Shown here piece after piece: positions 31,406 through 40,046 of a stretch of 64,000 nt of DNA (the first letter of the stretch is position 1; every line of letters begins with the position of its first letter). The notes under the pieces were generated by a model. That model was not told the DNA's origin, made no database searches, and was given only the letters and a program-made list of their open reading frames with translations. The position numbers were made by a program, and so were the translations under genes. The stretch comes from Planctomycetota bacterium (lineage in GTDB: Bacteria > Planctomycetota > UBA8108 > SXIK01), in NCBI GenBank assembly GCA_965223265.1, contig OZ244999.1, positions 4,128,001-4,192,000 of the forward strand, in the 5' to 3' direction.

Positions 31406-32227
31406 ATGGCTCGAGCCTACCGCATTTGGGATCTCCACTGTCACCTTAGCGGCGTGCCCGGTCGTACGCCCATCGAGCGCATGACCCGTCTCGTCGAGTC
31501 CGCCGATCGCATGGGCATCGAACGCATCTGCGTGTTCATGGGCATGCGCTTTTCGTATCGCCCGTCCCCCGACGAACTCCGCCGTCAAAATGACGAAGTG
31601 CTGGAAGCGCTCGCTCACTATCATGATCGCGCTTTCGGTTTTTGCTACGTCAGCGGCGAGCACGTCGACGCCAGCCTCGCAGAGATCGAGCGCTGCGTTG
31701 CCGAGGGTCCCATGGTCGGAATCAAGTTGTGGGTGGCGCGACGCTGTTCCGATCCTGCGCTCGACGCGATCGTCGCACGTGCTGCCGAACTGCACGCGGT
31801 CGTCTTTCAACACACTTGGATCAAAACCGACGGCACGCAGCTGCCTGGCGAGTCGACTCCAGACGACCTGGTCACGCTGGCGCGACGCCATCCCAAGACG
31901 ACACTGGTGTGTGGCCATAGCGGCGGTCTGTGGGAGTGGGGAATCCGCGCAGTGCGCAGTGCGCGGAATGTCGTCATCGGCACCGGCGGCGGCGACCCCA
32001 CGTGTGGCTTCGTCGAAATGGCCGTGCGCGAGCTGGGAGCGCGGCGCGTTCTCTTCGGCAGCGACGCTGGCGGGCGAAGCTTCGGATCGCAGCTGGCAAA
32101 AGTCACGGGCGCGGCGGTCGACGACGACGCCAAGCGCGCTATCTTGGGCGACAACCTGCGCCGCTTGCTGGAGCCAATCCTGCGGGCCAAGGGGCGCGCC
32201 GTCGACGATCAACCCGAACCCAAATGA
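31406..32227 (+). CDS. Amidohydrolase family protein
   Basis: DLHCH, GIKL, H..GH and RVLFGSD motifs. Confidence 0.9.
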   Translation: MARAYRIWDLHCHLSGVPGRTPIERMTRLVESADRMGIERICVFMGMRFSYRPSPDELRRQNDEVLEALAHYHDRAFGFCYVSGEHVDASLAEIERCVAEGPMVGIKLWVARRCSDPALDAIVARAAELHAVVFQHTWIKTDGTQLPGESTPDDLVTLARRHPKTTLVCGHSGGLWEWGIRAVRSARNVVIGTGGGDPTCGFVEMAVRELGARRVLFGSDAGGRSFGSQLAKVTGAAVDDDAKRAILGDNLRRLLEPILRAKGRAVDDQPEPK

Positions 32228-32273
32228 ATCGTTCAGCACCCGCCGCGAAATCGTCTTCTGAGTCTCGCTGCAG

Positions 32274-33047
32274 ATGACTATCGACGTCAACGTTCTCATG
32301 CCCCCGTGGCCGTTTCGGCACACTCCAGTGAACGACGCCACAGAGCTCTCGCGCGCACTGGCTGAGCGCGGCATCGTCGCCGCGTGGGTCGGCAGCGCCG
32401 AAAGTTGTTTCGACCGTGACGTCGCAGGAGCCAACCGGCGACTCACACGCGCTTGCCATGAAGCACGAGAAGCGAAGCTAATCCCTTGGGGAACGGTCAA
32501 TCCGCTCGCGCCCGATTGGCGCGACGACATCCGCCGCTGCCACGAGCAGCACGGTATGCCAGGGCTGCGCTTGACACCGGCGTGCCATGGTTACGGTCTC
32601 GATGACGCGCGTCTCACAGAAGCGCTGAATCTCGCGGGCGAACGCGGCATGATCGTTAGCATCATCCTCGACTTTGAGGACGTGCGTACGCAGCATCCTG
32701 TGTTTCGGATTCCGCGCCTTTCAGGCGCGCCGCTAGCGAGCTTGATCCAGGCGCAGCCGACCACCAAGATCGTCCTGCTGAACGCGTGGCGATCGATCTC
32801 GCTCGAGGACGCCGGCAAGCTGGTTGCCGCAGGAGACGTCTACTTCGACCTCGCCATGCTCGAAGGCGTTGACCGTCTTACGCAGCTGGTGGAGCACGTC
32901 GGCTCCGAGCGTGTGCTCTTCGGTTCTTGGTATCCTCTCTTCTACGTCGAGTCCGCGCTCTTGAAACTGCGCGAAAGCCAAATTGCGTCGGATGTCCTCG
33001 AGAGGATTCACCGCAAGAACGCGGCACGCCTTATTGGCAGCGAGTGA
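32274..33047 (+). CDS. Amidohydrolase-like protein (second of a pair, degenerate metal site)
   Basis: IDVN...WPFR; GLRL.P..HGY; RVLFGS..P. Confidence 0.85.
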   Translation: MTIDVNVLMPPWPFRHTPVNDATELSRALAERGIVAAWVGSAESCFDRDVAGANRRLTRACHEAREAKLIPWGTVNPLAPDWRDDIRRCHEQHGMPGLRLTPACHGYGLDDARLTEALNLAGERGMIVSIILDFEDVRTQHPVFRIPRLSGAPLASLIQAQPTTKIVLLNAWRSISLEDAGKLVAAGDVYFDLAMLEGVDRLTQLVEHVGSERVLFGSWYPLFYVESALLKLRESQIASDVLERIHRKNAARLIGSE

Positions 33048-33361
33048 GCTCACGCGGGCGATCGTCCGCATCGATCTTCGCAGGTGGAGTCAGCGAATCG
33101 CGAAGCCTGCGTCGAGCGCGAACTATTTCGCAAGAATAAGGAGCCGAGATTTTACGCACACTCATCGTGCGTGCTTTCGGCGAAAACTTTCTCGTGTCCG
33201 CGGATTTCTTCGTCATCCGAAGCTCGCCAAGGTCGCTAGCTGCAGCCGTTTGTGCACGCGTGGCGACCACTTTCGCAATGAGGTCGCTTCACGTCGGCGA
33301 TGGAATACGATTTGCACGCGACGCTCGTGGACGAGGAGAGTGGTCGGTACAGGTTTCTTAG

Positions 33362-33520
33362 CAGCCTGTTGAAAAAGTGCTTCGAGCCGAAAACTGGTCT
33401 CTTCGCGTCCAGATCGGCCGCGGCAAACGCAGGTAATCTCCGAGATTTTCGAGTATTGACGCGGTCGAGCTGGGCGTGAAGAGGCCGGTTTCTCGGCCGA
33501 ATGACTTTTTCAACGGGCTG
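33362..33520. mobile_element. 159-bp MITE with IS5/IS1182-like ends and TTAG direct flanks
   Basis: Terminal inverted repeats CAGCCTGTTGAAAAAGT / ACTTTTTCAACGGGCTG (16 of 17 match); TTAG at 33358-33361 and 33521-33524. Confidence 0.8.
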
Positions 33521-33556
33521 TTAGAGTACTGGGTCACTCTACGGGAGGACGCAGAC

Positions 33557-36500
33557 ATGGGACGCACACAACGACTCTCGACGTGTCTCTTGGCGTTTCT
33601 TGTGGGCAGCTCAGCGGTAGTACTTCTTGCAGGGGCACCCCCGCCGCAGTGTCCGGACGATCCAGTGAAGTGGTCGCAGCGTCCAGGCGATTCCTGGTTC
33701 CTTCCATCGAGCATCGATTGGTCTGACCAGGAGCCCAACACGGTCGCCGCAGACGACTTCATCTCAGATGGACGCCCCATCACGGGGGTCAGGTTTTGGG
33801 GATCCAACATGCCGCCGGAGGATCCCTTTGGCGATATCGACGGCTGGCTGATCAGCTTTCACGCCGACGACGGCGGTGATCGACCGACAGAGCTCCTCGG
33901 GCTCTACTTTTGTCCGGTGGACAAAGTTTCAGTGCAGCCGGCCGCGGTCGGCAGCTGCTTCGGCACACGCACCATTCAAGAGTACTGCGTGCAGCTGGCG
34001 GACTGCTGCCCCGTTCACATCGACCGCCCCGATCCGCGCGATGGCAGCACACCGGCACGGCGGAAGTTCTTTGCCGAGGTGAACCAAATGCGCTATTGGA
34101 TCGACATCCAGGCTGTGACTGGGCACACCTATGATGAGAACTGCGAAATCGTGACGACAGGGCACGAGACGAGCGAGGTGTTCTGGGCCTGGCACAAGGG
34201 GCCAGGCCTGACTCTCTCGCCCCCGGCCTTCGGTCAGGTGGAAATGGATGGTGAGGATTGGGTCTACAGCTGGGGTCTCGACTTCCCGGCGTTTTGCACT
34301 CAAGACGGCAACATGGCCTTCGAGCTCCTGGCGGGTGGGCCGCCAAAAGAGTGCCGCGGGCCGAGAGTCCAGTTGGACTTCGAAGATCTACCGCTCGGCA
34401 TGGTCTACAACTCGGGCGACACGTTCGTGACGGGCGGCGCGGTAGTCTCCGTGGGCGACTTCGCCTTTAGTCCGGGTGCCTGCACCGGCGGTACGACTAG
34501 CGGTGCGGCAGAAGTTGTCAGCGGCGGTGCGGCGTGCGGCGCTGGAAAGGAGTTGGGAATCAACAACGTTACCCTAGAGTTTGATTTTGGCAGGCGAGTC
34601 GAAGACATGTCGCTTCGCTACGGCGAGTTCGGCGGCACGGTGAGTCTCGAAATCAACGGCGTGTGCCGCGTGGCGCAGAACTTCGCGGACTTCGATGGCA
34701 CCACTCTCGGCGGCGTTGTGATCTCCGCGCTGGATTTCGGCACGCCAGGTCAGAGCTGTGGCTGGCTCAGATTCGCCGGCGACTTCAACTCTTTCACCAT
34801 TGGCGGCCAGGAACTTTGGATCGATGAGGTCTGCGGCTGCGAAGTCCCGAACAAGTGTCCAGAACGACGAGCCCAAGCTGACTTTGAGGACTTGGCTCCG
34901 TCCACTGTGTACACCGCCGGTGAGAGTTTCTTGACGGACGGCGCCGCAGTCACCGTCGGTGAGTTTCACTTTGCGCCTGGTGCCTGCACGGGCGGCACGA
35001 CCAGCGGCTTCGCCGAAGTGGAAACCGGGGGACTGGCGTGCGGTTCAGGCAACGAGCTCCAGGTCAACAACGTCACGCTCGATTTCGACTTCGGAAGCGC
35101 GGTGGAAAACCTCGGGCTGCTCTACGGCGAGTACGGCGGCACCGTCAGTCTCGAGATCAACGGTGACTGCCGCGTCGTCGCCAATTTCGCTGACCTCGAC
35201 GGCGCGACGCTCGGCGGCGTCGTGGTCTCAGCCGTTGACTTCGGCGCTGCTGGACAAAGCTGTGGCCGACTCTCTTTCGCCGGCACCGTGGACTCGTTCG
35301 TCATCGGTGGTCAGGAACTTTGGATCGACGAAGTGTGTGCCTGTCCTCGACCGAAGTGTCCTGACGTGAACCAGACGGACTTCGAGGATCTGGCGCTCGG
35401 CATGACGTACAACTCTGGCGATTCCTTTGTGACCGATGGCGCCACGGTGTCCGTCACCGACTTTTTCTTCAACCTCGGCGTCTGCGGCGGTGCAACGACG
35501 AGTGGTTTCACCGAGGTAGAAAACGGCGGCGTCGCCTGCGGTGCGGGCAACGAACTCCAGGTCAACAACGTCACTCTGAATTTCGACTATGGCACGCCGG
35601 TGGACAACGTTTCGCTGCGCTTTCGCTGGCTTGGCGGTGAGACCAGCCTCGAAGTCAACGGCGACTGTCTCGTCGTGCCAAACTTTGACGCGCTCGATAC
35701 AGTCATTCTTGGCGGTGTCGTCGTCTCCGTGAAGGGCACGCCAGGTCTTTGCCAGCGTCTGTCGCTTTCCGGTACGGTGAGTTCCTTCGGCATCGGGGGT
35801 CAAGAGCTCTGGATCGATGATGTCTGCACGTGCCCGGTTCCAGCGCTCTGCCCGGACTTGTCGGTGAAATGGTCCCAACCTCCCGGGGAGGCGTCGTGGC
35901 TGTCGCCGTCGAGTCTCGACTGGCTCGATATGGAGCCGAACATCGTTACGGCGGACGACTTCATCTCCGACGGGCGTCCGATAGCAGGAGTCCGTTTTTG
36001 GGGATCCAACTTGCCGCCCGGGGACCCGTTCGCGGACATCGATGGCTGGCTCGTCAGCTTCCACGCTGCCGACGAGTCCGATGCACCGACGGAGCTGCTA
36101 GGGCTTTACTTCTGTCCAAAGGAACGCGTGACGATCAGGCCAACGAACATCGGCAGCTGTTTCGGCAGTCGTGTCGTTCACGAGTACTGCGTTCTTCTCG
36201 CCGACTGCTGTCCCGTTCACATCGAACGCCCGGATCCGCGCAACGGAGTCGCACCCGCGTGGGCTGATCTGTTCACAGAGGTCGAGGGGTTTCGCTATTG
36301 GCTCGACATTCAAGCTGTCACGGGACACACCTACGATCCGGACAGCTGTGAGCTTGTGATCACCGACAAAGCAGCCGACGAGGTCTTTTGGGGCTGGCAC
36401 CGGAGTCCGGGGCTCGACCTCGACCCACCGGCGTTCGGCCAGGTTCACATGGACGGGGAGGACTGGGCTTACTCATGGGACCTCGACTTCCCGCAGTTCT

Positions 36501-37135
36501 GCGAGCAGGACCGCAACCAAGCGTTCGAGCTCTTCGTCGGGGAACCACCTGAGCCTGTCTTCAAACGCGGTGACGTCACCTGCGACGGCTGTGTGACCGT
36601 GTACGATGCGTCACGTCTCGCCGAAGCACTCTTCATCGGGTCGACAACGTTTTGCTGCGAGGACGCGGCGGACGCCAACGACGATGGCATAGTGAACATC
36701 ACTGACACGGTAGAGATCTTGAACTACATTGCGACCGGGAGTCCCGTGCCACCGGCGCCGGGCCCGACCGTCTGCGGCCCTGATCCGAGTGCCGACAGTC
36801 TGGGCTGCACGAGTTACCCACAACAGGCGTGCAAAGCCGTCTGCCGGCTGCGCCGACCCTGCGATTGTAACGAAGACGGTCTGCTCGACATCGCTGATCC
36901 CGTTTGCTTGTTGAACCACTTGTTCGTGAACCTGCCGCCGACGCTGCCGTGTGGACCGCTCGGGAGTCTCAACCTCTTCGACGCCAACGCCGATGGAGCG
37001 ATCGACATCTCGGATGCGGTGTGGAAGCTCAACTGGATGTTCGTCGGTACGCAGACGCCGCTCATGTGCCGCGACGGCAGCTGCATCGAGTGCATTCTGG
37101 TGCCGGACTGCCCGGAGTTGTGTACTACGCCGTAG
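33557..37135 (+). CDS. Large cysteine-rich exported repeat protein with two C-terminal dockerin-like domains
   Basis: GGAGG RBS; signal peptide; two KWSQ.P...ADDFISDGRPI.GVRFWGS units flanking three DFEDL...IGGQELWID units. Confidence 0.85.
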   Translation: MGRTQRLSTCLLAFLVGSSAVVLLAGAPPPQCPDDPVKWSQRPGDSWFLPSSIDWSDQEPNTVAADDFISDGRPITGVRFWGSNMPPEDPFGDIDGWLISFHADDGGDRPTELLGLYFCPVDKVSVQPAAVGSCFGTRTIQEYCVQLADCCPVHIDRPDPRDGSTPARRKFFAEVNQMRYWIDIQAVTGHTYDENCEIVTTGHETSEVFWAWHKGPGLTLSPPAFGQVEMDGEDWVYSWGLDFPAFCTQDGNMAFELLAGGPPKECRGPRVQLDFEDLPLGMVYNSGDTFVTGGAVVSVGDFAFSPGACTGGTTSGAAEVVSGGAACGAGKELGINNVTLEFDFGRRVEDMSLRYGEFGGTVSLEINGVCRVAQNFADFDGTTLGGVVISALDFGTPGQSCGWLRFAGDFNSFTIGGQELWIDEVCGCEVPNKCPERRAQADFEDLAPSTVYTAGESFLTDGAAVTVGEFHFAPGACTGGTTSGFAEVETGGLACGSGNELQVNNVTLDFDFGSAVENLGLLYGEYGGTVSLEINGDCRVVANFADLDGATLGGVVVSAVDFGAAGQSCGRLSFAGTVDSFVIGGQELWIDEVCACPRPKCPDVNQTDFEDLALGMTYNSGDSFVTDGATVSVTDFFFNLGVCGGATTSGFTEVENGGVACGAGNELQVNNVTLNFDYGTPVDNVSLRFRWLGGETSLEVNGDCLVVPNFDALDTVILGGVVVSVKGTPGLCQRLSLSGTVSSFGIGGQELWIDDVCTCPVPALCPDLSVKWSQPPGEASWLSPSSLDWLDMEPNIVTADDFISDGRPIAGVRFWGSNLPPGDPFADIDGWLVSFHAADESDAPTELLGLYFCPKERVTIRPTNIGSCFGSRVVHEYCVLLADCCPVHIERPDPRNGVAPAWADLFTEVEGFRYWLDIQAVTGHTYDPDSCELVITDKAADEVFWGWHRSPGLDLDPPAFGQVHMDGEDWAYSWDLDFPQFCEQDRNQAFELFVGEPPEPVFKRGDVTCDGCVTVYDASRLAEALFIGSTTFCCEDAADANDDGIVNITDTVEILNYIATGSPVPPAPGPTVCGPDPSADSLGCTSYPQQACKAVCRLRRPCDCNEDGLLDIADPVCLLNHLFVNLPPTLPCGPLGSLNLFDANADGAIDISDAVWKLNWMFVGTQTPLMCRDGSCIECILVPDCPELCTTP

Positions 37136-37245
37136 TGATCATTTTTTGCTGACTCAACGTGTGGGCTGAGCAGCGCCCCTCGATGGCTTGGTGTCGCAGC
37201 GGACACTCGGCCTTCGAGGGGCGTGTGCTGGACGAACAGCCAGCA

Positions 37246-38103
37246 TCACTCCTTGCCGCCGCCGCGACGTCTGAGCGCTCGGAAAACACTCCTCCGATCG
37301 AGATCGAACGGCTCCCCTTTGAGCTCAGCCAGCTTGCTTTGTTGTTCCTCCGAGAGCACGACGAGCGCTGCAGCGTTCGCCTCGGCGCCAGCGGCTTCCG
37401 CGACCTCACGCAGCTTTTGCCACCCGCCACGCCCGGCCGAATCTCGGTCCTTCTTTGGACGATCTTCTCCGCCACGGCGAGCTGCGCGCCGCAGCTCGTG
37501 CGCCGACTCACGCACTTTCTCGTTGCGCTCTTTGATCACCTCTCGAAGCTTTGAGACCTGTTCGTCGCTCAGCTGCAGTGCGGTAACGACTCGCCCCGCC
37601 ACCAGCCCATTCACCCCTTGAACCTGTAAAACAATCTCGTCGATGCGCCGAAGCTGCTCTGGGTTGAGGACTGCATCGATCTTTGCGTCAGTCTCTTTGT
37701 TTAGTGCTTCGTGCTTCGCCTTCAGCTCAGCACGGGCAGCCTGACGATCCTCGGAACCACGATCACGATCGCGACCACGACCCTGGGCACGATCGCGCCC
37801 GCCAGCATGATCACGTCCGCCGGCGCGATCGCGACCACGACCTCGGCGTCGCGGTGCGAATTCCTCTCGGGCTTCGCGGTGTTCGGAGAGGATTCGATCG
37901 AGCTCCTGAGCCTGCTCGTCGGTGATCTTCAGCTCCTGCTGCACTTGGTCGGAAGCAACAATCTGATTCTTCTTGAGCGGCCCCCAAAGTCTCGCATCGC
38001 GTGGACCACGGCCTCGGCCATCCCGAGCCTGGGCGAAAGTCAACGACGGCATCGACACAACAGCGAGGCAGAGAGCAGAGAGTAGGACTTGGTATCGTTG
38101 CAT
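37246..38103 (-). CDS. Exported Spy/CpxP-like (LTxxQ-type) helical protein with an R/G/D-rich repeat
   Basis: Signal peptide; ELKITDEQ, VLNPEQ, LQLSDEQ and VLSEEQ motifs; GRDRAGG repeats. Confidence 0.7.
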   Translation of the reverse strand: MQRYQVLLSALCLAVVSMPSLTFAQARDGRGRGPRDARLWGPLKKNQIVASDQVQQELKITDEQAQELDRILSEHREAREEFAPRRRGRGRDRAGGRDHAGGRDRAQGRGRDRDRGSEDRQAARAELKAKHEALNKETDAKIDAVLNPEQLRRIDEIVLQVQGVNGLVAGRVVTALQLSDEQVSKLREVIKERNEKVRESAHELRRAARRGGEDRPKKDRDSAGRGGWQKLREVAEAAGAEANAAALVVLSEEQQSKLAELKGEPFDLDRRSVFRALRRRGGGKE

Positions 38104-38346
38104 GGCACTTCTCCTGGGTTAGTATCTGACTGAACACGCGAACACAAATCGTGGCTCGCGCGAACGCTGAATAGCCCGTTGAACCCCGTTGGTGGACGGA
38201 TGGCACGCCGTTTCTTTCAGAAAGCGCGATCGTCACGAGCTTGCGGGGGGAGCCGTAGGCCAAGTCAGGTGATTTTTTTCCGTCAGCCACGGTGCACCGG
38301 ACAGCGCGGAGAATCGCCGCGACAGCCCTGGTGATACCCTGGCGGC

Positions 38347-39426
38347 TCAGCCTCGAAACATCGCCTCGTCGATCCACCCGGGCCGCAGCGGCCGTGCCGC
38401 CCAATCGACCGGTACGCTCGCAACCGCAACAGGTGCTCCGCCGCGCTCAAGGTGGGAGTAATAGCCGGCGAGGAAGAGCTGTGTCTTCTTGCGGATGACG
38501 TCAAACGATTGAAACGGAATGCCGCTGAACGCGCGCTGCATGTCAAAGAGCTGCGGTGAGAAGTATTGATACAGTGTCTCGTGGCGCTCAGGGCTACGGT
38601 TGACCATCGTGCTCTCTTCCCCACGTTCGCCGACAACCCGAAGCGACAGGTACGGAACCTCGGTCCCTGCATGGAGTGCGGCGAGGAACGGCGGCTGCTC
38701 GCCGCTACCGCGAAAGCGCATGGTTTCCTGCAGGTACGTGCAAGCAGCGTCGTTGTCGGTGATGACGGAGACTTGGTCGACGTCGTAACCGAGGACACGC
38801 AAGACGAACCATTGAAGGTGAAAGTGCCCGGCGTACTCGCGGCTGTTGCCGATGCCGTGCACCGATTTGATCGTGCCGACGTTCTCGAGTCGCCGCTTCA
38901 GATCTGACGACTGCAAAAAGTGCTCTCCGACGCTGCTCGCCATAAGCGGCGTGTTGTGTTTGGCGGCAAGCTCAAGAATCATGTCGATGTCGCGGAGGCG
39001 ATAGCTAAAGGGGCGACTCAAGTAGGTCGGCACGCCAGACTCGACGTACGGCCTCGCGAGAAGGTGTTGCCACGGCACCTCATACATGCCGCCAAACGCG
39101 ATGGCGTCGACCTTACCGAGCATGCCGTCGTAGTTGGTGACCGCTTCGCACCCATACTTGGCGGCGAATTTCTGCGCTTGCTCCGGTTTGACGTCCCAAC
39201 AGTGCGTCAACTCCATGTTGAACATCGGCGTGCCGAGAGGCCCCTGCGCGGCGAGCAGATCGGCCCAGATGCCCCAGAACGTGAACTCGCCCACGTTGAA
39301 GGCACCGATGCGGATCTTTCGATTCTCCTGAGTGGCGTCCGGGCTCGCCGCTGGCGAAGCGGCAGCGAAGGGTGCAGCGAGGGTCGTTCCGGCGAGCGAC
39401 GTCAAGAAGGTGCGTCGATCTGGCAT
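38347..39426 (-). CDS. Tat-exported Gfo/Idh/MocA-like protein
   Basis: GGAG RBS; MPDRRTFL; KIRIG...CWD...A..FA.KYG...DGMLGKVDA...ARPY.E.GVP. Confidence 0.75.
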   Translation of the reverse strand: MPDRRTFLTSLAGTTLAAPFAAASPAASPDATQENRKIRIGAFNVGEFTFWGIWADLLAAQGPLGTPMFNMELTHCWDVKPEQAQKFAAKYGCEAVTNYDGMLGKVDAIAFGGMYEVPWQHLLARPYVESGVPTYLSRPFSYRLRDIDMILELAAKHNTPLMASSVGEHFLQSSDLKRRLENVGTIKSVHGIGNSREYAGHFHLQWFVLRVLGYDVDQVSVITDNDAACTYLQETMRFRGSGEQPPFLAALHAGTEVPYLSLRVVGERGEESTMVNRSPERHETLYQYFSPQLFDMQRAFSGIPFQSFDVIRKKTQLFLAGYYSHLERGGAPVAVASVPVDWAARPLRPGWIDEAMFRG

Positions 39427-39574
39427 AGTTGTCTCCATTCTCCAGCGTCGACAACCTCGAGTTCGGCCATCTCTCGGCGGCCTGGCTCGACGAATTTGCC
39501 GGGATTCAAGACTTTGGATTCTTTCTACCCTGAAAAGAAAACGATGTGCACGTTCAAAAACTCTTGTCCGCAAA

Positions 39575-39934
39575 AGTAGCAGGCACACTCCGTGTGCCGT
39601 GGCCTGAGAAAAGAATGGGCGGCACACGGAGAGGCTGTGAAACTTTTAGAACTTGCCGTCGCAACGCACGGTCACGGTCCACGGTCACGGTCACGGCCGG
39701 ACGGCACACGGAGTCTGCCTACTACTTTGGAGACGCTCACGCTCACGAGAACGGACGCTCACGGTCCGGACGGCACACGGAGTCTGCCTACTACTTTGAA
39801 AATCGTCTTGGTGGAGGTTCGTGTCTATAGTAGCAGGCACACGCCGTGTGCCGTTCTGGAGGTGAGCGCGAAGCGTGACCGTGAGTTCCGCTAGCACGCT
39901 CGAAAAACTTCACAGCCAGTGTGCCTACTACTTT
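39575..39934. repeat. Second GTAG-type REP cluster containing the same MITE family (~39631-39917)
   Basis: REP copies at 39575-39600, 39701-39726, 39770-39795, 39829-39854 and a split copy at 39620-39630/39918-39932; ends GAGGCTGTGAAA...CTTCACAGCC. Confidence 0.8.
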
Positions 39935-40046
39935 GGTGCGCCGAATGGCCAAACTCGAGATAACAGACCGTTCAAAAAACCCGCCGCCTCACCTCACCGC
40001 GGTAAGACGGTGGCGAAGCTTCGCGGTCTCGATCGAAGTCCGTGCT

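Noticed and set aside
30659-32530. Long antisense ORFs (also 57255-58823 minus, 3479-4729 plus, 6397-7410 plus, 49884-50819 minus)
   Set aside because: Shadow frames opposite well-supported genes in GC-rich DNA, with no recognisable motifs
39575-39934. Possible CRISPR array (repeats of ~26 bp with spacers); same for 3606-3860
   Set aside because: Repeats occur in both orientations, spacers are irregular and low-complexity, and no cas genes are present; this fits REP clusters
39961-39980. Degenerate solo copy of the 33362 MITE end (ACAGACCGTTCAAAAAA)
   Set aside because: Short, mismatched and without a partner end; could be chance
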